37,477 nucleotides of DNA, from the NCBI GenBank assembly GCA_035278345.1, contig DATEJC010000577.1:1-37477 (forward strand). Reading direction: 5' to 3'. Every line of letters begins with the position of its first letter. Positions within the stretch are counted from its first letter, which is position 1. The translations under genes and the position numbers were made by a program. The notes under the pieces are model-generated. The model did no database searches. It was not told the DNA's origin and saw only the letters and a program-made list of their open reading frames with translations. Of the stretch, positions 29,992 through 37,477 are shown piece after piece. Origin of the DNA: Bradyrhizobium sp. (GTDB lineage: Bacteria; Pseudomonadota; Alphaproteobacteria; Rhizobiales; Xanthobacteraceae).

Positions 29992-30383
29992 TCTTCGTTG
30001 GCCGCGATCGATTCCATCAGGGACACCAGCTGCCGCTGTACGGTCTGGTCCTTGATCTTGCTGTAGGCCCGCAGCAACCGCAGGCTGAACGCGCTGTCGA
30101 GGAACAGGAGGCTTTCGACCTCGCGAGCCTTGTTGTCGCCATCGTAGAAGAACGTCACGGGCACATCGAGCGCATTGGCGATCTGCTGCAGACGCGCCGC
30201 GCCGACGCGATTGACGCCCTTCTCGTACTTCTGGACCTGCTGGAAGCTGACGCCGAGCTTTTCGCCGAGCTCCGCCTGCGAGATCTTCTGTTCGACCCGC
30301 CGCAACCGGATTCGTTTGCCAAGTTCGATGTCGGGCTTGCCCGCGCTGCGTTGTTTCATTCTCTTCGTTGCTGATTTATTCAT
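29988..30383 (-). CDS. XRE/cI-type HTH regulator (PraR/PhrR-like)
   Basis: GKRIRLRR...SQAELGEKLGVSFQQVQKYEKGVNRVGAARL. Confidence 0.88.
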   Translation of the reverse strand: MNKSATKRMKQRSAGKPDIELGKRIRLRRVEQKISQAELGEKLGVSFQQVQKYEKGVNRVGAARLQQIANALDVPVTFFYDGDNKAREVESLLFLDSAFSLRLLRAYSKIKDQTVQRQLVSLMESIAANED

Positions 30384-30389
30384 TCGCTC

Positions 30390-31433
30390 CTACCGTCCTT
30401 CGGTCGAGAAGCCCCCGAAAAGATGGGTCAGGGACTCACCCATATACACCGCCTCGAATTCCCTTGGATGGACGAACTCGTCCTTGAACCAGGGGTATTT
30501 GGCGGGATTGAAAGCCTCCACCAGCCAGTCGATCGTGCGACGCACCCGCGGGATGCGGCCGCTGCCGGGATGGTAGGAGAGCCATATGTCGAAAGGCCTG
30601 CGAAACTCGATCTCGAGCGGCACGACGCCGCCGAGAGCGGCGGTGTAGGTCGGAAACACGCCGACGCCTGCGCCGTTGGCGACGGCCCAGTAATTGGCGC
30701 TGGACACATTGGTACGCATCGCGAGCAGGTCGCGCTGGGAAAAGCCGGGGAAGAAGCTCTCGAACAATTCCTTGGTCGCGGTCTGATCGGCGCTCTGCAA
30801 CACCAGCCGGTGTCTGGTCAGGTCCGCAAACGATTTCGGCGCGCCATGCGCGGCGATATAGGCTTCGCTGGCAAAGAACATCAGATACATGCGGCCAAGC
30901 CGCACCAGCTTGGCGTCGAGCGACGCCGGCTGCGACAGATGAATGGCGACGTCCGCCTCATGCCGGGAAACGTCGGCCGAGCGCATCGCACAGTGCAGGT
31001 CGACGAGGATGTTGGGATAGGAGCGCTGGAATTCGACGAGGCGCGGCGCTACCCAGAAGGTGCCGAGGCCCTCGGTGACGGCGACGCGCACTTCGCCCGA
31101 AACCGTGCTGGTGACGGAACTGGAGGCGCGCATCAGGTCGAACGCGGCCGCCTCCATGCGCTCCACCGCGGAGACCACCATCGCCCCCTCGTCGGTGATA
31201 TGCGTACCGTGAACGCCCCGGGTGAACAGGGTGGCGCCGACCTGGCGTTCGAAATCGTCGATCCGCCTCCGCACGACGTTGATTGACAGATCAAGCCGCT
31301 CGGCGGCCGAGCGGAAGCTGCCGCAGCGGACGACCTCAAGGAAAATGCGGGCTGCGTCCCAATCAGTAAGGGCGCCGAGGGATACCTTCCGGCGTTCTTC
31401 CTGCGGAACACCCCTTTCCAGCGTGAGCGACAT
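30390..31433 (-). CDS. LysR-family transcriptional regulator
   Basis: DWDAARIFLEVVRCGSFRSAAERL HTH, GATLFTR, SGEVRV and EADVAI. Start placed at MSLTL. Confidence 0.88.
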   Translation of the reverse strand: MSLTLERGVPQEERRKVSLGALTDWDAARIFLEVVRCGSFRSAAERLDLSINVVRRRIDDFERQVGATLFTRGVHGTHITDEGAMVVSAVERMEAAAFDLMRASSSVTSTVSGEVRVAVTEGLGTFWVAPRLVEFQRSYPNILVDLHCAMRSADVSRHEADVAIHLSQPASLDAKLVRLGRMYLMFFASEAYIAAHGAPKSFADLTRHRLVLQSADQTATKELFESFFPGFSQRDLLAMRTNVSSANYWAVANGAGVGVFPTYTAALGGVVPLEIEFRRPFDIWLSYHPGSGRIPRVRRTIDWLVEAFNPAKYPWFKDEFVHPREFEAVYMGESLTHLFGGFSTEGR

Positions 31434-31758
31434 ACAGGCCCCTTTTCCTCGGGTAATCTTGGCAGAAGATGCCAAGCAGTACAACCAGGGCGGGTCTCGC
31501 GCCCCGATTATTCACGTCTAAAATTACCGCTCAGCCGCGAGCACCGGTTTCTTACGGGCTTCTTGCGGGCTGGAGGGCCTTCAGGGGTATTTGGATAAGG
31601 TCGACTGTTCATATTTGGTTGTACGGCAACGCCGATACGTTTGCGGGCGCAGCAGCTCAGCAGAACTCCCAGCAAAGCAACGCACGTCGTGCTGTCTCCG
31701 ATGGTGCATTTTGGTGCCGGCCCACCAGGCCATCTTGGAAATTGGGGGACGAGCGGAC

Positions 31759-32100
31759 ATGGGACTGAAACCGCCGGCCGGATCGTCATCGATCCACCTC
31801 GCAAGCTCGATACCAGCCGAAACGCTGGCGGAGAATATTGAAGAAAGGTTGCGATCGGCGCTCGCAACCCTCGAACGATGCCAGGCCTCGCTTGCCAACG
31901 ACGCCGAGCATGACACGGCGGATCTGCTGTCGGTTGCGATCCTGCAGCTTCGCATGAAGCTGAAGGGCGTCAGTCACTCCGAGCTGAAGCTGCTTTGCGA
32001 TGTGCAGGCGGCAGAAGAGCAGGCGCAGGCGGCACGCAATCCGAAGGCGCCGCGGGGACGCCGTCGCCGCGGCCGGCCGGTCCTCAGGCTGGTGCGGTAA
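31759..32100 (+). CDS. Hypothetical 113-aa protein with basic C-terminal tail
   Basis: Purine-rich region before ATG 31759; host-like codon use; helical core; ends RRRRGRPVLRLVR; fills the gap between LysR and the kinase. Confidence 0.65.
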   Translation: MGLKPPAGSSSIHLASSIPAETLAENIEERLRSALATLERCQASLANDAEHDTADLLSVAILQLRMKLKGVSHSELKLLCDVQAAEEQAQAARNPKAPRGRRRRGRPVLRLVR

Positions 32101-32106
32101 GATCGA

Positions 32107-33615
32107 CTAACCCTCGGCTTCCAGCGCGATCGTCACCGTGCAGACCACGCCGCGCGGCAGGAAATCGACGGTCGCCTCGCCACCGAGTTGGTCGCGCGCG
32201 CTGCGCTCGATCAGCCGAGAGCCGAAGCCGCGTTGGACCGGCGCCGTGACCGGCGGGCCGCCGGCCTCGGTCCAGATCAGGCGCACCTTCCGCCTGGCGT
32301 CTTCCTCGATGATTTCCCAGTCCAGCGCGACCGTGCCGACGTCATTCGACAGCGCGCCATATTTGGCGGCGTTGGTGGCGATCTCGTGCAGGATCATCGA
32401 GAGCAGCACGGCCAGACGCGGCGCCAACGGCACCTTCGGGCCGAACATCCGCACCCGTCCGGGGTCGTTGAGTGCGTAGGGCTGCAGCACGCGGCTGATC
32501 ACGTCCTGCAAGTCCGAGCCCTGCCATTTCTCGATGCTGAGGAGATCATGCGCTTCGGCAAGCGCGCGCAGGCGCCCTTCGAACTTATCCCGCTCGGGAC
32601 GGCTGGCGCTGCGAAAGGTCTGTGACGCGATCGACTGCAATATCGCGAGCGTGTTCTTGACGCGATGGTTGAGCTCCTCGACCAGCAGCTCCTGCAGCAT
32701 CTCGCCGCGCGCGATTGTCGTTGCCATCCGCACCGCGAAGGCAAGGCCGACCAGCAGCAGGATGCCGCCGATCACGCTGGTGATTGCGAGATTGCGCCAG
32801 AGCGGTCTGACCAGCGAGGCCTCGGGAATGCCGCCCACGACCGTCCAGCTGGTGAGCGCGGATCGGGCGAGGCCGGTGATCAGCGGTGTGCCTTCGAGTG
32901 TCACCGTCGTCAGCGTCGCCTCTCCGTTGCGGAACAGTGCCGCATCAAGGGAGGGCGAAGCACGCTTGCCGATGGTCTCCTGCGGGTTTGGCACGCGTGC
33001 GAAATTGATGCCTTCACCGTCGAAGATCGAAATGGTCCAATCCTGGCTCGGCCGCTGCTTTTCGATGAGGGCCTGAAAAGCATCGAGTGGCGGGCTGAAG
33101 GAAATGACGTAGACAACTTCGCCGTTCTTGATGACCGGCACCTCCACTGTGACGATCAGGTTCTTCTTGATCGTACCGTTGAACAGGTTCGAGTAAGCCG
33201 GCTGCTTGCTCGCAAACACCTTCTCGACCATGCCGAGGTTGGTGCGCGGCGGCAGGCTCGCGATGTCATCCGTGACCGAGGAAAATACCGGCCGGCCCTG
33301 GCGGTCGGCCACCAGCACCACGCCATCCCTGCCATATTGCTCGAGGAAGCCGTGTGCGATGGGCCGGAAGGTCTCGTAATCGCCGGCGCGCAGCGAGGAG
33401 GTGAGTGCGAGAACCTGCAAGCCGCCGGTCATCCGCTGCATTTCGGCGTCGAGCACGATGCGGATCGAGCGCACGGTCTCCAGCACGCGCTGGGTAGCGT
33501 CCTTGCGATCCTGATCGTAGTTGTAGATGACGATCCCGGCCGCGAACAGGATCAGCGGCAGCGTGGTCCCCGCGACCAGAAGAGCGAGACGCACTGGCAG
33601 GGATGGTTTGGGCAC
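32107..33615 (-). CDS. Membrane HWE-family sensor histidine kinase
   Basis: Two TM segments flank a Cache-like periplasmic domain; ELNHRVKNTLA, LHEIATNAAKYGALS, WTEAGGP and GFGSRLI motifs. Confidence 0.9.
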   Translation of the reverse strand: MPKPSLPVRLALLVAGTTLPLILFAAGIVIYNYDQDRKDATQRVLETVRSIRIVLDAEMQRMTGGLQVLALTSSLRAGDYETFRPIAHGFLEQYGRDGVVLVADRQGRPVFSSVTDDIASLPPRTNLGMVEKVFASKQPAYSNLFNGTIKKNLIVTVEVPVIKNGEVVYVISFSPPLDAFQALIEKQRPSQDWTISIFDGEGINFARVPNPQETIGKRASPSLDAALFRNGEATLTTVTLEGTPLITGLARSALTSWTVVGGIPEASLVRPLWRNLAITSVIGGILLLVGLAFAVRMATTIARGEMLQELLVEELNHRVKNTLAILQSIASQTFRSASRPERDKFEGRLRALAEAHDLLSIEKWQGSDLQDVISRVLQPYALNDPGRVRMFGPKVPLAPRLAVLLSMILHEIATNAAKYGALSNDVGTVALDWEIIEEDARRKVRLIWTEAGGPPVTAPVQRGFGSRLIERSARDQLGGEATVDFLPRGVVCTVTIALEAEG

Positions 33616-33739
33616 GAAGTTCTCGCAACTGACGCAACACCGCCGGGAGCATAGGAGAAGCGCCGAAGCCGCGCCAAGGAATTCAGCCGCAAACGGCGCC
33701 GGGAGCGCCTTGCGTGCGCTGCGGAATCCGTCTCACTTT

Positions 33740-35014
33740 TCAGAGATTGCTGTCGGTGATCGCCGCGTAGATCATGGTGCGCAGCTCGCGCCGGATCGGA
33801 TAGGCGGTCGACGGCATCACCTGGGTCATGAAGATGGTGATCAGCTCCTCGGCGGGATCGATCCAGAACGCGGTAGCGGCCGCGCCGCCCCAGAAATATT
33901 CACCGGGACTGCCCGCGATCAGCGTCTGCGCCGGATCCATGGTGACGGCAAAGCCGAGCCCGAAGCCGATCCCGTTGTTGGTCGCCTCAGAGAACATCGA
34001 GCGCGATAGCGCCGGGAGATCGAGCCCGCCGGGCAAATGATTTGTCGTCATCAGCGCCAGTGTTTTCGGCCCGATCAGCCTGACGCCGCCGAGCTCGCCG
34101 CGGTTGAGAAGCGCGCGGCAGAAGGTGAGATAGTCTGCCACCGTCGAGCACAGTCCGCCGCCGCCGGAGAAGAAGGTCGGCGGCTTGAGATACGAGCTCT
34201 TCGTCGGATCATCCTGCAAGCTCAGCATCGCCTTGCGCTCGGCGGCGGTGTATTTGATCTCGCCGGGCGGATCGGCGGAGTAGCATGCGGCGAGGCGATG
34301 TGCCTTGTCGGCAGGCACATAAAAGTCGGTGTCGTTCATGCCGAGCGGCTTGAAGATGCGCTCTTTCAGGAATTGCTCGAACGGCACCCCGGAAATCTTG
34401 CCGATGAGATAGCCGATCACATCGGTCGAGAGCGAGTAGTTCCAGGCCTCCCCCGGTGAGAATTCCAGCGGCATTTGCGCGAGATGCGCGACCATCGAGT
34501 CCAGCGTGCCTGACGTCTCGACCTCGCCGATCTTCCTTTCGCGATAGCCGGCATCGACATTGGAGCGCTGCTGGAAGGCGTAGGTGAAGCCGGAGGTGTG
34601 GCGCAAGAGGTCGACGATCTGTATCGGCCGCGCCGGCGGCTTGGTGAGATACGCCGGATTGCTGCCGGCGACGAACACGCCGAGATTCTTCCACTCCGGA
34701 ATGTATTTGTGCACGGGCTCGTCGATGGCGACGCGGCCTTCCTCGACCAGCATCATGAAAGCAACCGACGTGATCGGCTTGGTCATGGAATAGATGCGGA
34801 AGATGGTGTCGTCCTTGACCGGCGCCTTGCGCTCGATATCGGCATAGCCCTGCACGGAGGAATGCACGATCTTGCCGCGCCGGTAGACCGTCAGCTGCGC
34901 CCCCGGGTAGCGGCCGGCATCGATATAGCGTTCTTTCAGATGCCGATCGACGCGCGCGAGCGCGGTACTGGACATCCCGGCGGATTCGGGGGAGGCGGGG
35001 GTCGGGGCGAGCAT
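33740..35014 (-). CDS. Serine hydrolase, beta-lactamase / family VIII esterase-like
   Basis: FRIYSMTK (SxxK), LLRHTSG, PGEAWNYS and WGG motifs. Start placed at MLAPT. Confidence 0.9.
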   Translation of the reverse strand: MLAPTPASPESAGMSSTALARVDRHLKERYIDAGRYPGAQLTVYRRGKIVHSSVQGYADIERKAPVKDDTIFRIYSMTKPITSVAFMMLVEEGRVAIDEPVHKYIPEWKNLGVFVAGSNPAYLTKPPARPIQIVDLLRHTSGFTYAFQQRSNVDAGYRERKIGEVETSGTLDSMVAHLAQMPLEFSPGEAWNYSLSTDVIGYLIGKISGVPFEQFLKERIFKPLGMNDTDFYVPADKAHRLAACYSADPPGEIKYTAAERKAMLSLQDDPTKSSYLKPPTFFSGGGGLCSTVADYLTFCRALLNRGELGGVRLIGPKTLALMTTNHLPGGLDLPALSRSMFSEATNNGIGFGLGFAVTMDPAQTLIAGSPGEYFWGGAAATAFWIDPAEELITIFMTQVMPSTAYPIRRELRTMIYAAITDSNL

Positions 35015-35156
35015 CGGACAGGTCTCCGGAACAGGCGGCAGCGCTTTTTGATACTCGAAAAGTGTGGCCTGATCCAACGGCTTCTGCCTACGCAAGCGCG
35101 GTATGCCAGTGTAGGCTACACCCTCTCGTCGCGTCATTTTCCCAGGACAGCCCAAG

Positions 35157-36071
35157 ATGACCCAATTCAGCGAAACCGAACTGACCGCCGCCGTCCTCAA
35201 CAGTTTCAACGATACGCCCAATCCGCGCGCAAAATTCCTGCTGCAGGAACTCGTGAAGTCGCTGCACGACTATGTCAGCAAGACCGATCTGACCTTCGAG
35301 GAATGGGAATTCGCGATCGACTTCCTGACCCGCACCGGGCAGAAGTGCACCCCGATCCGCCAGGAGTTCATCCTGCTCTCCGACGTTCTCGGCGTTTCCA
35401 TGCTGGTCGACGCGGTCAACCACAGGGAACGTGAGGGCGCCACCGAGACCACGGTGCTCGGCCCCTTCTATGTCGGCGAGCACAAGGTGACGCCGCACGG
35501 CACGGACATTTCGGCCAAGCTGCCGGGCGAGCGGATGTTCGTGCAGAGCCGGGTGACCGACCTCAATGGCAAGCCGCTGCCGGGCGTTCCCGTGGACGTC
35601 TGGCACGCTGACGACGACGGATTCTATGACTCGCAGAAGCCGACCTATGCAACGCAAGGGCCATCGTCGCGCGCGCGCTTCATCACCGATGCCGACGGGC
35701 GCTTCTTCTTCCGCTCCATTTTGCCCTGCAGCTATCCGATTCCGGTCGATGGCCCGGTTGGCGAGATGATCCACTACACCAAGCGCCCTGCGATGCGACC
35801 GGCGCATGTGCATTTCCTCGTCGCCGCGCCCGGTTACGAGCCGCTCGTCACCCATGTCTTCATCGGCGGCGATCCCAATATCGATCGCGACGTGGTGTTC
35901 GGCGTGAAGGACGAACTGATCGCCAACATCGAAAAGCGCAACGATCCGACGATGCCCGACGGCAAGCCGGCGCCGGCACCGTGGCACCTGATGACCTACG
36001 AATTCAGGATGAAGCCGGGCGGCGGCGCTGCACCAAAACCGCTCGCGGCAAAAGCAACGGAAGACGCCTGA
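35157..36071 (+). CDS. Intradiol ring-cleavage dioxygenase (hydroxyquinol/catechol 1,2-dioxygenase-like)
   Basis: RQEFILLSDVLG, TVLGPFY and Fe-ligand motifs GFYDSQ, SYPIP, RPAHVHF. Confidence 0.9.
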   Translation: MTQFSETELTAAVLNSFNDTPNPRAKFLLQELVKSLHDYVSKTDLTFEEWEFAIDFLTRTGQKCTPIRQEFILLSDVLGVSMLVDAVNHREREGATETTVLGPFYVGEHKVTPHGTDISAKLPGERMFVQSRVTDLNGKPLPGVPVDVWHADDDGFYDSQKPTYATQGPSSRARFITDADGRFFFRSILPCSYPIPVDGPVGEMIHYTKRPAMRPAHVHFLVAAPGYEPLVTHVFIGGDPNIDRDVVFGVKDELIANIEKRNDPTMPDGKPAPAPWHLMTYEFRMKPGGGAAPKPLAAKATEDA

Positions 36072-36090
36072 GAGCAAAGAGGCGCCACTT

Positions 36091-36123
36091 GCTCAATCCT
36101 TGTGCGGCGCACAAGGATTGAGC
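36091..36123. promoter_or_regulatory. Perfect 16-bp inverted repeat, probable tandem NtrC enhancer sites
   Basis: GCTCAATCCTTGTGCG-G-CGCACAAGGATTGAGC. Each arm fits GCNC-N7-GNGC and lies about 120-150 bp upstream of the -24 box. Confidence 0.6.
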
Positions 36124-36243
36124 GAACGGCCGACAAGATTTGAGCGAATCGCAAATTTTCGAAGCGCGCGCGAGTTAACGGCGATTAACCGGCCGGACTC
36201 GTAAGATCCTGTAATTCATAGGCTTATTGCGCTGCATCAGCGC

Positions 36244-36259
36244 TGGCACACCGCTTGAA
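36244..36259 (+). promoter_or_regulatory. sigma54 (-24/-12) promoter
   Basis: TGGCAC-ACCGC-TTGAA (GA instead of GC at -12), upstream of a nitrogen-source transporter. Confidence 0.7.
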
Positions 36260-36434
36260 TAGTGGCTGCTGACGCCATTGAAGCCGTCCCTCGAGACTAT
36301 TCATCCGAAGTGCGACGCCGCCGATCCGGGCCACCCCGGAGTGCGCCCTCATGGTGCTTCCAGCGCAGCGTTATCGGACCGTCTCGAAGCAAAGACGCCA
36401 ACAGGATGCCACGACGCAAAGGACGATACGACCC

Positions 36435-37477
36435 ATGACCACGCGCACCAAAACCTCGGGCCTCAGCCGCCGCGGCCTTCTAAAGGCCGCAAGCGGCACC
36501 GCCGCGCTTCTCGCCGCCGCCAAACTCAACTTTCCCGCAGGTGCTTTCGCGCAAGGCGCCGGGCCCGAAGTGAAGGGCGCCAAGCTCGGCTTCATCGCGC
36601 TGACAGATGCGTCGCCGCTGTTCGTCGCCAAGGAAAAGGGCATCTTCGCCAAATACGGCACGCCCGATGTCGAGGTGCAGAAGCAGGCCTCCTGGGGCAC
36701 CACGCGCGACAATCTCGTGCTCGGCTCGGAAGGCAATGGCATCGACGGCGCGCATATCCTCACCCCGATGCCGTATCTGATCTCGGCCGGCAAGGTGACG
36801 CAGAACAATCAGCCGACGCCGATGTACATCATGGCGCGGCTCAATCTGAACGGTCAGTGCATTTCGGTTGCCAAGGAATATGCCGACATCAAGGTCGGCG
36901 TCGACACCGCGCCGTTCAAGGTCGCACTCGAGAAGAAGAAGGCCTCCGGCAAGGCCGTCAAGGCTGCGATGACGTTCCCGGGCGGCACGCATGATTTGTG
37001 GATCCGCTACTGGCTCGCCGCCGGCGGCGTCGACCCGGACAAGGACATCGAAACCATCGTGGTGCCGCCGCCGCAGATGGTCGCCAACATGAAGGTTGGC
37101 ACCATGGATTGCTTCTGCGTCTGTGAACCCTGGAACCTGCAGCTGATCCATCAGGACATCGGCTATACCGCGATCACGACCGGCGAACTCTGGAACAAGC
37201 ACCCGGAGAAATCCCTTGGCCTGCGCGCCGCCTGGGTCGACAAGAATCCCAGGGCCGCCAAGGCGCTGCTGATGGCGGTCATGGAAGCCCAGCAGTGGTG
37301 CGAGAAGCCCGACAATCGCGACGAGGTTGCGGCGATCTGCGCCAAGCGGCAGTGGATCAACTGCCCGGTCGACGACGTCACCGATCGCGTCAAGGGCAAG
37401 TTCGACTACGGCATCCCCGGCAAGGTCGTCGAGAACTCACCGCACATCATGCGGTTCTGGGCCGATCACGCCTCCTA
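36435..37477 (+). CDS. nrtA: NrtA/CynA/CmpA-family nitrate/nitrite/cyanate ABC binding protein (truncated by window end)
   Basis: Not in the ORF track. Manual translation: MTTRTKTSGLSRRGLLK (Tat signal), AKLGFIALTDASPL, QASWGTTRDNL, TFPGGTHDLWIRYWLAAGG, VPPPQMVANM, EPWN, HPEK. Nitrate versus cyanate specificity is unresolved. Confidence 0.85.
   Translation, partial: MTTRTKTSGLSRRGLLKAASGTAALLAAAKLNFPAGAFAQGAGPEVKGAKLGFIALTDASPLFVAKEKGIFAKYGTPDVEVQKQASWGTTRDNLVLGSEGNGIDGAHILTPMPYLISAGKVTQNNQPTPMYIMARLNLNGQCISVAKEYADIKVGVDTAPFKVALEKKKASGKAVKAAMTFPGGTHDLWIRYWLAAGGVDPDKDIETIVVPPPQMVANMKVGTMDCFCVCEPWNLQLIHQDIGYTAITTGELWNKHPEKSLGLRAAWVDKNPRAAKALLMAVMEAQQWCEKPDNRDEVAAICAKRQWINCPVDDVTDRVKGKFDYGIPGKVVENSPHIMRFWADHAS

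Noticed and set aside
33740-35014. Beta-lactam resistance gene
   Set aside because: No signal peptide, and the LLRHTSG/WGG pattern fits a cytoplasmic family VIII esterase-like hydrolase.
36174-36189. GTTAA-CGGCGA-TTAAC as a CtrA box
   Set aside because: The spacer is 6 nt, whereas CtrA needs TTAA-N7-TTAA, and the context is nitrogen regulation.
36278-36994. 238-aa ORF in the track
   Set aside because: It is out of frame with the NrtA-family CDS starting at 36435, which the track omits, presumably because it has no stop inside the window.

Overview
GC-rich alphaproteobacterial chromosomal segment. Gene content and REP-type repeats suggest Bradyrhizobium or a close relative (inference). I see no transposase, prophage, CRISPR, rRNA or tRNA. 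In order: partial TetR and a divergent NMT1/THI5 binding protein; Bug receptor and IclR divergent from an acyl-CoA dehydrogenase / Baeyer-Villiger monooxygenase / alkylsulfatase operon; a six-gene carbohydrate locus (GT4 <- | -> ABC exporter, debranching-like hydrolase, PRC-barrel, MFS -> | <- atypical GlgA); CoA-transferase, Dpp/Opp-type ABC system, Zn-ADH and a beta-decarboxylating dehydrogenase with REP elements; enoyl-CoA hydratase, Bug, FAD monooxygenase; XRE/LysR pair, small hypothetical protein, orphan HWE kinase, serine hydrolase, intradiol dioxygenase; a sigma54/NtrC-type promoter and partial NrtA/CynA gene. The best candidate for an undescribed system is the 8314-16929 locus. All three of its transcription directions carry sigma-EcfG-like general-stress promoters, two of them fused in one palindromic GGAAC-N17-GTTCC element. 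It may make and export a stress-induced alpha-glucan or glucoside. All family calls come from motif recognition, not database searches.
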